A DNA stretch of 64,000 bases from Pseudomonadota bacterium (GTDB taxonomy: Bacteria > Pseudomonadota > Gammaproteobacteria > Pseudomonadales > Halieaceae): the NCBI GenBank assembly GCA_039815155.1, contig JBCBZV010000008.1:1081-65080 (forward strand). The letters are read 5' to 3'. This document shows positions 29,009 to 39,074 of the stretch, piece after piece. Positions within the stretch are counted from its first letter, which is position 1, and the number at the start of each line of letters is the position of its first letter. The notes beneath the pieces are model-generated. The model worked only from the letters and a program-made list of their open reading frames with translations. It was not told the origin of the DNA and made no database searches. Made by a program: the position numbers and the translations under genes.

Positions 29009-30856
29009 CTATTGCGACTCAAAAAGGTGCTTACGGATAGATGGCCATGCGTCAAGCGCGGATGCGTATCCTAGAAGCATCTTGCGGAAGCCATCACATA
29101 CCTCTTCTAAGGATTTGTTATCCGGTACTTCTCTGATATCTTTTGGGCTCCATTCTTTCTGCAAAGCTGCTTGCAACTCGGAAACACCTCGACGGAGATA
29201 TCCCTGCCAGTTTGCTGAGTTGAAGTCCTTGGTGCTGGCTTGCTGCTTCGTGATTTTATTTAGCAGCATGGAGTGAGACTTTGCTACCTCACGGCGATAA
29301 TCCAGCAGCATATCCGGATCGCTTTTCGTGGCAAGTCGTCTAAGATCAGCAACGATCATCCTAATACGCTCTTCCGCGCTGCTGGCGTCGGTGTAGTCGA
29401 TCTGGTTCGTCAGGTAAGCTGCGAATAGGCCCACTCCGCCAGCACTCGCCATAGGCTCTTTGAGGCTTTTTACCTTACGATTTTCTGGCAAGTGAGGCAC
29501 GGAAAAACCACATTCCAAAACTGCCCCTTGTGGATGCAATGCCTCGACGAGGCTGGCAAATAGAAGATCTTCCCCGCGATAAGCAGTGAAATATGGCGGT
29601 AGCAGCTCTGTATTATCTAGCCCGGTCATCTGCGACATAAAGGCTACTTTCATAATCGCGTAGCGTGGAGAGCCCAGCCAAACATGTCGGTTCTCGACGG
29701 CTTCGGCCATACCATTGCTGGCTGTTAGTAAGCGACTGATCGAATGGCCTGACAAATTCAGAATCCAATGCGAGTCTCCGGTTCCTGGATCTCCCCAAGC
29801 CCCACACTGGGTCACCAGGATCTTCGATTCAGCAGACCAAACACTCGCCATGGCAGCGTTTCCGTCCACGAACCAATCGACGGGAATTGATCCTCCTCCC
29901 AGTAATTCGAGCGAGTCCCCTAGTCGACGGCCCAGGTGCTCATCGTGCAATTCCAATGGTGATTTCTCATGCAGTGCTCCCGCTGACATTAGAGATTCGC
30001 GATCGGAAAAAAATGACGCTTCCCGAACACCATTACTCCCAATAAAAACCCCTTCCTCCGGCACCGCCGGCAACACTGCCTGGCAAAGAATATCGTCGTC
30101 CAACACGATCAAGCGCCGGCCCATGGAATGCATAAGGGCAAGCGTCCGCGCTCGGCCATAGGTCGCGCATCCTCGCCAGCGATCAGCGTCGATCAGAAAG
30201 CGAATGCCTTCTTCATGTGTTGGAAGATCTCTAACCAGGCGGTTGAGGAGGTCAGTTTGTTCTGCCTCACCCAGGTAATGCATATCAATGGCGCTGCTCG
30301 AATTAAACCATTCAACTACAGCCTGATTTCTCTCTCTGTTTTCCAACTCTTTCGAATCATCTATCAGGTAGAGAGCTTCGTAGTTTGATAACCCGGCTGA
30401 TCGAAGCATCGATTCCAGCAAACGTTGCAGTTGATCTGGCCTATCGCAGGTAATGACGAACACTCGGGTGGGTGCCAGTTCGACCGGTACGTCCGCATCA
30501 AGACGATCCCTTATTGTCGCCGCTTTCGTTAAGAAACCTGAATCGGTTAGCTGAAGTAGTGTTTGCCTTACAACGGCTTCTTGATCCTTCAGCTCCGGGC
30601 GACTAGAGCAAAGTCTCGATGTATGATGGTCGACCGTCTGAAACTGCACGCAAGTCTTCAAAGCTTCGACAACTTGTGAGGCAATCATTTGCTGTCGACC
30701 AGTCTCGCGACTGATCATTAGCAGTAACTCGTTATTTACTGGAACAAGGTCACAAGTCGCAAAGGCTACTAGTGGTGAATCGTTTTGAGGCGGATCCGAC
30801 GGGCCTGGCGATTGCGCGTTGTCGACGGAATAAGAAACTGAGAATGAGTCCGACAT
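29009..30856 (-). CDS. Hypothetical protein: PqqD/RRE-like N-terminal domain plus GT-A (GT2-like) domain
   Basis: ITCDRPDQLQRLLES, LIDDS, GRAR, LIVLDDD. ATG 30856 preferred over 30931. Confidence 0.6.
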   Translation of the reverse strand: MSDSFSVSYSVDNAQSPGPSDPPQNDSPLVAFATCDLVPVNNELLLMISRETGRQQMIASQVVEALKTCVQFQTVDHHTSRLCSSRPELKDQEAVVRQTLLQLTDSGFLTKAATIRDRLDADVPVELAPTRVFVITCDRPDQLQRLLESMLRSAGLSNYEALYLIDDSKELENRERNQAVVEWFNSSSAIDMHYLGEAEQTDLLNRLVRDLPTHEEGIRFLIDADRWRGCATYGRARTLALMHSMGRRLIVLDDDILCQAVLPAVPEEGVFIGSNGVREASFFSDRESLMSAGALHEKSPLELHDEHLGRRLGDSLELLGGGSIPVDWFVDGNAAMASVWSAESKILVTQCGAWGDPGTGDSHWILNLSGHSISRLLTASNGMAEAVENRHVWLGSPRYAIMKVAFMSQMTGLDNTELLPPYFTAYRGEDLLFASLVEALHPQGAVLECGFSVPHLPENRKVKSLKEPMASAGGVGLFAAYLTNQIDYTDASSAEERIRMIVADLRRLATKSDPDMLLDYRREVAKSHSMLLNKITKQQASTKDFNSANWQGYLRRGVSELQAALQKEWSPKDIREVPDNKSLEEVCDGFRKMLLGYASALDAWPSIRKHLFESQ

Positions 30857-31299
30857 AGTGTGTCCGAAATACGAAAAATAGAACAAAAATGTTAAAAAAT
30901 AAAGAGCGACGATTTGTCGGAGCGGTGTCACATCCGAACTGGTCGATCGATATCCGTAAAATTATTGGCAGAGCTTCCTGACAAAAACAGCGCTTTTTCG
31001 CCCCCGCAGCCTTTGCCTGAACGGGTCCTAATCTCAAACATGTGGGGATCTGAAAGAGCTTGCAGATTCTAACAAAGTTGATAGAAGCGTACTCAGCGAT
31101 TTGTTTTTGCATCGCTGTCTAAAATTTGCGTTTTATCGGTATACGGTTCGATTGTTTTCTCAATCTACTTACATCAATCGCATTTAGTGCTCGAAACGCA
31201 GGTACCCTCGAGCCTTGTAGACAGAACGCAAAGCAGGGGAAATGAGATGCTTTAGAGGGGCAACTCTCGGACCTTTGGCCTTGAGCTTTGAACTTAAGA

Positions 31300-31800
31300 G
31301 TCGTTCCGGCAATCAAACACGATATTTCTAAAATATTAAGAAGCCCAAACGTTATCGGATCGTCATTATAGCCGTAGAAGAAAATACTACTTTAAACGAT
31401 CAGAGTCCGGGATTTAAGGCTCGTAGCGACGAATATTATGCCGGTAGAAATCTCACTATATTAAAATTATGAAGTTTTACGATTTCGGCAGGATAAAACA
31501 AAAAAACTGAATAAAAATAACAAAGATAATTCATTATATTGTTGGTGTTTTCGTTCTTTAAACCATCTCGAGGCTATATTTGACGCTAAACTAATAAGGC
31601 ACATATGCTAGCGACTTAAGGCGTAGCCGTTCGCGCGACTGTCTGCAATCGAATTTAAATATCAATCGCGAATAATTATTAATGCGGATTTTTCGAAAAC
31701 TCACTATTCCATTGAAGATTAAGAGCGAATTAATTTTTCTTCCGGCAGTGGGCGCTATTTTTGAGTTAAACTAAGACATTACAAAAACATTGCATAGACA
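31300..31800. other. Strongly AT-rich intergenic region upstream of hns
   Basis: 31501-31560 has 12 G/C in 60 nt; no credible ORF. Confidence 0.85.
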
Positions 31801-31827
31801 ATGGAACACTAAAAACAGGAGAGTCCA

Positions 31828-32235
31828 ATGGCATCCGTGCTCGCACCACTAGTAAAATCAAAAATGAAAGCCCGTTCGGCCGCGAAAGGTCTAACTGCTT
31901 CCGAATTAGAAAAAGTCATCGGCAATTTGCAACAGGTACTAAAGTCCGAGGTCGTCCGCGAAGAGGCGAAGGCGGCCGCTGCGAAAAAAGCCAAAATTGC
32001 CAAGATCAGAGCCTTAATGGAGGAGAGCGGCCTCAATGCCAGCGATCTAAAGCCTACGCGTGGTAGACGCGGACGTAAAAAATCTGCCGTAGGAAAGCGA
32101 ACAAAGGTCGCACCTAAGTACCGCTTGGTCGTGAGCGGCGTGGAACACCTTTGGACGGGTAGAGGGCGCCCGCCGAAAGTGTTTAAGGACTATATGGATT
32201 CAGGGAAGTCAAAAGAAAGCTGCGCGATTAAATAG
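31828..32235 (+). CDS. hns: H-NS family nucleoid-associated protein
   Basis: Coiled-coil N-terminus, basic linker, KVAPKYR...WTGRGRPP DNA-binding motif; AGGAG RBS. Confidence 0.88.
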   Translation: MASVLAPLVKSKMKARSAAKGLTASELEKVIGNLQQVLKSEVVREEAKAAAAKKAKIAKIRALMEESGLNASDLKPTRGRRGRKKSAVGKRTKVAPKYRLVVSGVEHLWTGRGRPPKVFKDYMDSGKSKESCAIK

Positions 32236-32256
32236 TCCTTTGCAATAGTCCTTTGC
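32231..32256 (+). repeat. 2 x 13-bp direct repeat AATAGTCCTTTGC
   Basis: Perfect copies at 32231 and 32244, starting on the hns stop, between convergent hns and pdxA. Confidence 0.85.
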
Positions 32257-32272
32257 GCTTAATAGCTAAGCT

Positions 32273-33277
32273 TTAGGGTAAAACGAAGCTGCAGGCTTGC
32301 CTTATCGCTTCAAGCATACCGGCCGCGCTGGCGCGGCCCGTTCCTGCTAGTTCAAGCGCCGTTCCATGGTCTACGCTGATTCGTGTGAACGGTAGCCCCA
32401 AGCTTATGTTCACTGCAGCTCCAAAACTAGCATACTTCAAAACTGGCAAGCCCTGATCGTGAAACATCGCGAGATAAACGTCTGTTGCCGATAGCAGCTT
32501 GGGATTGAAAGCGGTGTCCGCAGGCCAGGGTCCTGATACATCCATACCTTCTCGCTGCGCTTTCTTGATCGCAGGCTCAATAATCTCAATTTCTTCCCTT
32601 CCTAGATGTCCGTCCTCACCGGCGTGAGGGTTTAATCCGAGAACACTAATCCTCGGCTTCGCGATCCCGAATTTGGTCACAAAATCAGATCGGATTATCT
32701 TGAGCGTTTGCTCTAGTAGCTGTGGAGTAATCGCCGCCGGTACTGCATTCAACGGGAGGTGAGTCGTAGCTAAAGCAACCCTCATTTCCTTGGAGGCAAG
32801 AAGCATTACCACATGTTCAGCGCTACTTAGACTCGCGAGAAATTCTGTGTGCCCTGTAAACGCGAAACCGGCCTCGTTAATGGCCGCTTTGTGGATCGGA
32901 GCAGTTATTAAGGCCGCAAATTCTCCGTCTAGACACCCGGTTGTTCCTCTTGTCAGGGCCTCTAGCACATAAGCGGAATTGTCCGGATTGGTCTCACCCG
33001 GTTTGCAAGGCGAACGCATGGGGACGTTTAGAACGGGAATTTGATGCGATCGTGGACGCGCATCCGCGAAAACATCGCTCAAATAGTCCTCGTAGTTTAC
33101 AAAAGAGCAAGACAGGCCTAGTGTCTCGGCGCGCACTTCTAGAAGCGTTCTGTCGGCAATCAATACGAGATCCGCTGGCCAACTTTCCAACGCGGCCGTG
33201 ATAGCGATATCTGGACCTATGCCGGCGGGTTCGCCAACAGAAACTGCTAGCCGTGCTTTTCTGTTGGGTATATTCAA
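32273..33277 (-). CDS. pdxA: 4-hydroxythreonine-4-phosphate dehydrogenase
   Basis: GEPAGIGPD, GHTEFL, LNPHAGE, HDQGL, SVDHGTA. Confidence 0.97.
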   Translation of the reverse strand: MNIPNRKARLAVSVGEPAGIGPDIAITAALESWPADLVLIADRTLLEVRAETLGLSCSFVNYEDYLSDVFADARPRSHQIPVLNVPMRSPCKPGETNPDNSAYVLEALTRGTTGCLDGEFAALITAPIHKAAINEAGFAFTGHTEFLASLSSAEHVVMLLASKEMRVALATTHLPLNAVPAAITPQLLEQTLKIIRSDFVTKFGIAKPRISVLGLNPHAGEDGHLGREEIEIIEPAIKKAQREGMDVSGPWPADTAFNPKLLSATDVYLAMFHDQGLPVLKYASFGAAVNISLGLPFTRISVDHGTALELAGTGRASAAGMLEAIRQACSFVLP

Positions 33278-33376
33278 TGGCGTCTACCGGTGCGCGCCTG
33301 CTGGTCCAACGGGTCGCGTTTCAGCGACGGAGAGCAGCGCCTCTAGTTGGTTACTGGGTCGCTGTGATTAGCTTGT

Positions 33377-34669
33377 TTACTTTATATCTACGAACGCTTC
33401 GTCGCGAATTTTTCGCAGCCAGACATCCAATTCCTCCTGATACTTGCGACTGTGAAGAAACTCCTGAATCTGTGCTCGGCGCATTTCGTTGGTCATATCT
33501 TTCTCGCGCCGCTCTTCCACTTCGAGAATGTGCCAACCGAACTCGCTTCGCACTGGCTGTGAAATCGTGCCCACCGGAGTGCTGTCCATCATGTTCTCGA
33601 ACTCCGGAACCATTTGGCCAGCCATCGTCCAGCCAAGTTCTCCACCTTCCGCCGCGGAGCCGATGTCTTCAGAAAACTCCTTTGCGAGCGTGGCAAAATC
33701 TTCGCCCGTCTCGATTCGTGTTTTTAGTTCCGCTGCCAGTTCCTGTGCGCCTGTGTCCGATAAGATTTCAGAGGGTTTAATTAAAATGTGTCGAACTTTG
33801 GTTTGGTTCATGGTTAGGCCCGCGCCACGCCGATCCGCTAACTTCACGATGTGGAGTCCGCTTGCGCTTTCGAATAGATCTGCGGTCGCCCCTGCGTCGA
33901 GCTCTTGAGCCACCTCCTGGAAGATACTCGGAAGATCGTCCAGCTTACGCCAGCCGAGATCACCGCCGGTGAATGTGTAGGCCGATTCTGCACCACCGAC
34001 GACCGCATCAAAGTCCTCACCGGCTTGAATACGCGTAACTAAGCCTCCTGCGAATTTTTCTGCGGCAGTTCTTTCGCTGGGACTCGAACCAGAATCTATC
34101 GGTAAAAGCGCATGCACGATCCGATACTCGGGTTGGACAAGCTTCTGTCCTTCTTCCGTGCTTAGGTAATTCTCGACTTCTTGTTCTGTTATTTGGATTA
34201 ACTGATTGACGTTTCCCTGCTGGACCCGTTGGATGACCATCTCACGTCGTATGTTCTCCCGCAGCTCTGCATAAGAGCGCCCGTCCTGCTGGAGAGCGAA
34301 CGCGAACTGCTGCGGCGACATGCGATTCTGAGAGGCAATTCGGCCCATAGCCGCATCTAGTTGTGCATCGGAAATTCGTACGCCAAAGCGGTCACCCATC
34401 TGCATCTGGATGCTCTCCAGGATGAGTCGATCGAGCGTTTCCCGTATCAAAACGTCCTCGGCGGGCAATTCTGTCCCACGGGTTTCTAAATTTTCACGAA
34501 CGGTGACCAAGCGTTCTCGCAACTCGCTTGCCATTACAACGTCGTCGTCTACTATCGCCACAACCTGATCGATCATCTGCGTTGCCGCCCATAGTGGCGT
34601 GGCGATTAGCGGTGTAGCGACTATCAAAGCCGTCGCAAAAGAAACTGCTCTAAGGTCTACGGTAAACAA
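33377..34669 (-). CDS. surA: Periplasmic chaperone SurA
   Basis: IDQVVAIVDDDVV, two parvulin domains (GGDLGW, GGELGW, SEFGWH). Confidence 0.95.
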   Translation of the reverse strand: MFTVDLRAVSFATALIVATPLIATPLWAATQMIDQVVAIVDDDVVMASELRERLVTVRENLETRGTELPAEDVLIRETLDRLILESIQMQMGDRFGVRISDAQLDAAMGRIASQNRMSPQQFAFALQQDGRSYAELRENIRREMVIQRVQQGNVNQLIQITEQEVENYLSTEEGQKLVQPEYRIVHALLPIDSGSSPSERTAAEKFAGGLVTRIQAGEDFDAVVGGAESAYTFTGGDLGWRKLDDLPSIFQEVAQELDAGATADLFESASGLHIVKLADRRGAGLTMNQTKVRHILIKPSEILSDTGAQELAAELKTRIETGEDFATLAKEFSEDIGSAAEGGELGWTMAGQMVPEFENMMDSTPVGTISQPVRSEFGWHILEVEERREKDMTNEMRRAQIQEFLHSRKYQEELDVWLRKIRDEAFVDIK

Positions 34670-37106
34670 GCTGGTTAAATCCTCTAATCATGTCGCCCAG
34701 TAATTGCTCAACGCCATCACCAAACCCACCAAGACCTTTGAGTACAAACTGAACTTGGGTCGTAAATTCCCGGTCGAGATTGTCGAAATCGGGATTGATA
34801 TTGCGTGCGGTATCGAAATAGCGCAGATGCAGCAGTCGCACCTGCCAGCAACAGCTATCGTATTCGATTCCCACCATGTCTTCCACGCTACGATTGGCCT
34901 CTAGACTGTAGTTCCAGCCCATAAAAAAGCGCCAATTTTTGTTAATCGGGAAATAGGTGGATAAATTGACCTGATCAGTGGTCGGTTGGTTCCCCACCAG
35001 CGCCACCGGACGGCGAAAGGTGTAGCCAAGGTTGATGACGCTCTCATCGCGCCTGTTGTAACTGGCTAGAAAGTTGCCTGCGTTCATTTTTCCGGTGGAC
35101 GGGTCGTATTGTAGGTTCGTCCGCAGGGTCAGTCGTTTGTTCGGGTAGAAATTCAGTTCCCCCGCGACCTCCGAACTTGATTGATCCAGTTCTGGATCTG
35201 AGTCCAAGAGCCTGACACGCCGGTTCGTGAAGTAAAAAATTTGGCCTATGCTGGCATTGAAGCGCTCAAAGCCGGTCTCCTGGTCCAAAAAGCGCGTGGA
35301 CACACCCACCGCGAGCTGATTCGCATCATCGAGTCGGTCGCGACCAGAAAACCGCGTATCTCGAAACAGCTGGTTGTAGTTGAACGTCAGTTCAGCACTG
35401 TCAAAATCCGGTTGCCCCGACTGATTGTCAAACTGGCTGTACAAGTAAAAAAGTCGTGGTTCCAGCGTTTGCACTACATTTTTGCCCGCCAGAGAGGTCT
35501 GCCGCTCAAAAAATAGGCCGCTGTCCAAGCTCGCTAGCGCAGATCTGGCCGACGGGTTCTCATCTAAAACCGACTCCTCCCGGTCGAGCGAATAGTTGAG
35601 CAAGCGGTATTTCGCGGTTGGTCTCAAAAAACCGAAAGACCAGTTCATCGGATAGGTGACACCGGCTTCCGCATAAAGACGCTGACCAGTCACCAGGCCC
35701 GGTATTTCCGTATCGAAGTAAGAGTACTGGGTAAGACCTATTGGATTTAGCTTAAAGGGCTCATCGGTTCCGCGATAGAGCGCCGTAAGCTGAGGAAGCT
35801 TGCGGTAATCTTCGAGTATGTCTTCCGCTAGCGGCTGAAACTGCTGAGCCTGTAAATTGACCAACCAGCGATCTCCCAAGTAGTCGATCTGCCCCAGCTG
35901 TAATAGGTTGACGTCTCGGCGGGTGTCCAGGCGCGAGGTTTCTAGATCCCTGATTAGGTCGACATCGGACACGCGCGTGAAGTTAATTTCTGAACGCCAG
36001 CGGTCTGCGTACAAGCCCTGGTGGCGTACGGTCGCCAACCAGCGGTCGCTATCATTTTGCTCCGGAAAGTCTTCCTCGAACTGCTCATCGTCGGTGATGT
36101 AGCTGCCACCCGCGCTCCAGGTGCCATTGAATCGATCGAGGTATCGAGCCTGCGCCACATGGTTTAAGCCTCGCTGACCAATGTAGCGAGGTGAATAGGT
36201 CAGGTCGTAATTCGGCGCCAGATTCAGATAAAGAGGCACTGCTATATCCAGGCCACCACGGCTGTCTGAGCCTACTGCTGGAAAGAGCAGGCCCGAACGC
36301 CGCCGGTCGTCGATCGAGAAGGTCAACCAGGGCGCGTAAAAAACCGGGATCCCACCGGCCCTCAGCGTTGCATCCCGAGCGGTACCTACACCTCGTTCAA
36401 GGTCTAGTTCTAGTTGTCCGGTGCGCAGCAGCCAGTGGTTGTCGCCCGGCGCGCAAAAAGTAACTTCTCCATCCTCTATCCGAATCAACTTGTCCGCATC
36501 GCGAGAGAGCAAGGTGGCGCTGCCGCGCAGGTGTTCCTGGTGCAGCACAAAGAGGCTGTTTTCCAGCTGTGCTTCTCCGGAGCGAGAGAAGAACTCGCCT
36601 CGCTCACCGCGTAGGAGCACGCCCGGTTCACGGAGAACAATATTGCCTTCAAGCGTGCCCGCGCGGGAGTCTTTGTTGATGCGAGCTTCGTCGCTCGAAA
36701 ATTCTCGGTTCCCTTGAATGACTTCTACACCCCCTGACAGGGTAACCGTGTCCCCTTGTAACTCCGTGCGCCGGGCTCTCGCCTCGATGGGTGCTTTATC
36801 TGGGTCTGTACGCGCGGTTGTTGGGGACTGGGGGTCGATGTAGCGACCGCCGCATAGGCGGCAGCGCAAATCGCGGAGCTCTTCGGGAAGTTCTTCTGCT
36901 CGTACCCAGTCCAAGGCCTGTACCGCGCTAGCCTTAATGGGCTCTTCGCTGATCCGCTCCCCACTTGGCGCAAGTTCCGATTGGGAAAGAGCGGAAGCAG
37001 TCCACAATATGGCGACTATCCCGTACCATCGCGGCAAAAAAGTCGACGTGGTGCTTGCTTGGGCTGCGCTTCGGTTTTTATTGCGGGTACGGGGAGAAAC
37101 CGGCAT
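34650..37106 (-). CDS. lptD: LPS assembly protein LptD
   Basis: OstA-like N-terminus, RRSGLLFP, TLEPRLFY, RFSGRDR, YDSCCW. Confidence 0.96.
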   Translation of the reverse strand: MPVSPRTRNKNRSAAQASTTSTFLPRWYGIVAILWTASALSQSELAPSGERISEEPIKASAVQALDWVRAEELPEELRDLRCRLCGGRYIDPQSPTTARTDPDKAPIEARARRTELQGDTVTLSGGVEVIQGNREFSSDEARINKDSRAGTLEGNIVLREPGVLLRGERGEFFSRSGEAQLENSLFVLHQEHLRGSATLLSRDADKLIRIEDGEVTFCAPGDNHWLLRTGQLELDLERGVGTARDATLRAGGIPVFYAPWLTFSIDDRRRSGLLFPAVGSDSRGGLDIAVPLYLNLAPNYDLTYSPRYIGQRGLNHVAQARYLDRFNGTWSAGGSYITDDEQFEEDFPEQNDSDRWLATVRHQGLYADRWRSEINFTRVSDVDLIRDLETSRLDTRRDVNLLQLGQIDYLGDRWLVNLQAQQFQPLAEDILEDYRKLPQLTALYRGTDEPFKLNPIGLTQYSYFDTEIPGLVTGQRLYAEAGVTYPMNWSFGFLRPTAKYRLLNYSLDREESVLDENPSARSALASLDSGLFFERQTSLAGKNVVQTLEPRLFYLYSQFDNQSGQPDFDSAELTFNYNQLFRDTRFSGRDRLDDANQLAVGVSTRFLDQETGFERFNASIGQIFYFTNRRVRLLDSDPELDQSSSEVAGELNFYPNKRLTLRTNLQYDPSTGKMNAGNFLASYNRRDESVINLGYTFRRPVALVGNQPTTDQVNLSTYFPINKNWRFFMGWNYSLEANRSVEDMVGIEYDSCCWQVRLLHLRYFDTARNINPDFDNLDREFTTQVQFVLKGLGGFGDGVEQLLGDMIRGFNQLVYRRP

Positions 37107-37247
37107 TTGGTAGTGCTCTATAGTGAAACCGCATCATAATGCAAAGGCTGAGCGTAGGGGTTACTAATTCAAAAGCCATTTCCCCGTTGAGCGAGGGGCA
37201 TCCCCTCGCTATGACCGGATTTGTAGCTTCGAGCGAGATCCAACTAG

Positions 37248-38294
37248 ATGCTAGTCGAAAATGACAGAACTACGGCTCTCGGTACTTGGTATCGCGAGTG
37301 GTCCGGGCGCTCGGACTCGGACCTCACCCTAATTGCAGGAGACGCCAGCTTCCGGCGTTACTTTCGCGCGCCGTTGGGGGAAGGAACCACCATTCTTTGT
37401 GATTCTCCGCCGCAGACAGAAAAGAACGATGAGTTTTTGGCGCTAGCCAGTATTCTGTCAGGCTCCGATATTCGCGTACCGTCAATTCTCAACCATGACC
37501 TTGTTCAGGGGTTTTTCGCCCTCGAAGATCTCGGTAATGAGATCTTGCAAAATCACCTGACACAGAAGTCTGCGAACCACTACTATTCATTGGCTAACAG
37601 CAAGCTTCTGAAGCTAGCACTTATCGATACCAGTCTCTATAACTTGGATGACTACGGCCGGGCAAAACTCGAAGCAGAGCTGCAATTGTTCCCCGATTGG
37701 TTTTGTGAGGGTCTACTAGGTGTCTCGCTGAGCGACGCAGATCGCGCTCTCTTGGAAGAGTTGGCGGCTTACCTGTGCACCAACGCTTTGTCGCAGCCCC
37801 AAGTATTGGTGCATCGCGACTTTCACTGCCGTAATTTAATGCTTCTCGGAGACGGTGAACTTGCAACTATCGACTTTCAAGATGCCGTAGTCGGGCCTAT
37901 CACCTACGATCCTGTATCGCTTTATCGCGACTGCTATATACGATGGGAGGATCGGCAGGTTAAGGATTGGGTCTTGGGGTATCGGCAGGCGCTAGTGGGC
38001 TCGGGTGTGGCGGTTTCTGAAGAGCAGGAGTTTCTAAGAGACTTCGATCTCATGGGTTTACAGCGTCACCTAAAGGTCTTGGGTATATTTGCTCGACTAT
38101 TCATACGCGATGGGAAGAAAGCGTATCTGAGTGATCTTTCTAGGGTCATCGGTTACGTCAGGGACGCCGCGAACGCCCGTTCCGATATTGCAGCCCTCAA
38201 TAACTTTCTTGCCTGGTTCAATGGTGACCTAATGCCACGGATTGAGACGCAAACGTGGTGGTCGGCGGAACTGGCTGAAGCACCCAGTCAATGA
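37248..38294 (+). CDS. amgK: MurNAc/GlcNAc kinase (APH-like)
   Basis: GDASFRRYFR, HRDFHCRNL, IDFQDA, QRHLKVLGIF; adjacent to murU. Confidence 0.9.
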   Translation: MLVENDRTTALGTWYREWSGRSDSDLTLIAGDASFRRYFRAPLGEGTTILCDSPPQTEKNDEFLALASILSGSDIRVPSILNHDLVQGFFALEDLGNEILQNHLTQKSANHYYSLANSKLLKLALIDTSLYNLDDYGRAKLEAELQLFPDWFCEGLLGVSLSDADRALLEELAAYLCTNALSQPQVLVHRDFHCRNLMLLGDGELATIDFQDAVVGPITYDPVSLYRDCYIRWEDRQVKDWVLGYRQALVGSGVAVSEEQEFLRDFDLMGLQRHLKVLGIFARLFIRDGKKAYLSDLSRVIGYVRDAANARSDIAALNNFLAWFNGDLMPRIETQTWWSAELAEAPSQ

Positions 38295-38349
38295 GTTTCT
38301 CATCGGTTTCATCGGCGCAACGCTTCTAAACCAAGGATAAGTTGATTCT

Positions 38350-39045
38350 ATGCGCGCGATGATTCTAGCAGCGGGTAAAGGAGAACGAATGCGACCCCTG
38401 ACCTTACATCGCCCTAAGCCTCTGCTAGAAGTGGCCGACAAGCCCCTACTTGTCTATCACCTTGAGCGCCTTCGAGACGCGGGGATACGGGAGCTGGTTG
38501 TCAATGTGTCCTGGCTCGGTGAACAAATTGTTGAGCATATTGGCTCCGGTGAGCGTTGGGGCCTCGCGATTCAATACAGTCGAGAGGAGGAGCCCTTGGA
38601 GACTGCTGGAGGCATTGTTCGCGCGCTGCCGCTGCTGGGAGATGCGCCCTTTATTGTTATCAATGCGGATGTCTGGACCGATTTCGACTGCTCAACCTGG
38701 GTTTCTTCCCTCTCGGAGAAAAGCAGCTGGGTAACAAGAGACGCTCATTTGCTCCTCGTGCCCAATCCCGAACATCATCCACAGGGTGATTTTTCACTGG
38801 TTGATCGGAGCGTGCATAGAAGGGGCGAAAATCCAGTGACCTTTGCTGGCATCGCCGCATATCATCCAAGGTTCTTTGCGGAGTGCGCGGGCGGCGTGCA
38901 GGCGCTTCTTCCTTTATTTTTGAATTCGATCGACAAGCGCACCCTCGCGGGAGAGCTGTACTGTGGCGTTTGGCAAGACGTTGGTACGCCTGCGAGACTC
39001 GATGAATTGGATCGTGCGGTAAGGGATAATCAGCTCAGCCCCTAA
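38350..39045 (+). CDS. murU: MurNAc-alpha-1-phosphate uridylyltransferase
   Basis: [15 protein letters not shown]...PKPL, LETAGG, W.DVGTP. Confidence 0.9.
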   Translation: MRAMILAAGKGERMRPLTLHRPKPLLEVADKPLLVYHLERLRDAGIRELVVNVSWLGEQIVEHIGSGERWGLAIQYSREEEPLETAGGIVRALPLLGDAPFIVINADVWTDFDCSTWVSSLSEKSSWVTRDAHLLLVPNPEHHPQGDFSLVDRSVHRRGENPVTFAGIAAYHPRFFAECAGGVQALLPLFLNSIDKRTLAGELYCGVWQDVGTPARLDELDRAVRDNQLSP

Positions 39046-39074
39046 GAAAAAATAGCAGCCATAAAGAGAACAAA

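Noticed and set aside
29594-29606. ops/JUMPstart element GGCGGTAG
   Set aside because: Inside a CDS, on the strand opposite the glycan operon, and incomplete.
31119-31316. 65-aa ORF as precursor peptide for the RRE-like protein
   Set aside because: No RBS, leader/core pattern or compositional support.
31523-31541. Fur box (GATAATTCATTAT)
   Set aside because: Spacing is off by one and such matches are expected in very AT-rich DNA.
33253-33780. 175-aa plus-strand ORF
   Set aside because: Antisense to surA/pdxA; no RBS or motif.
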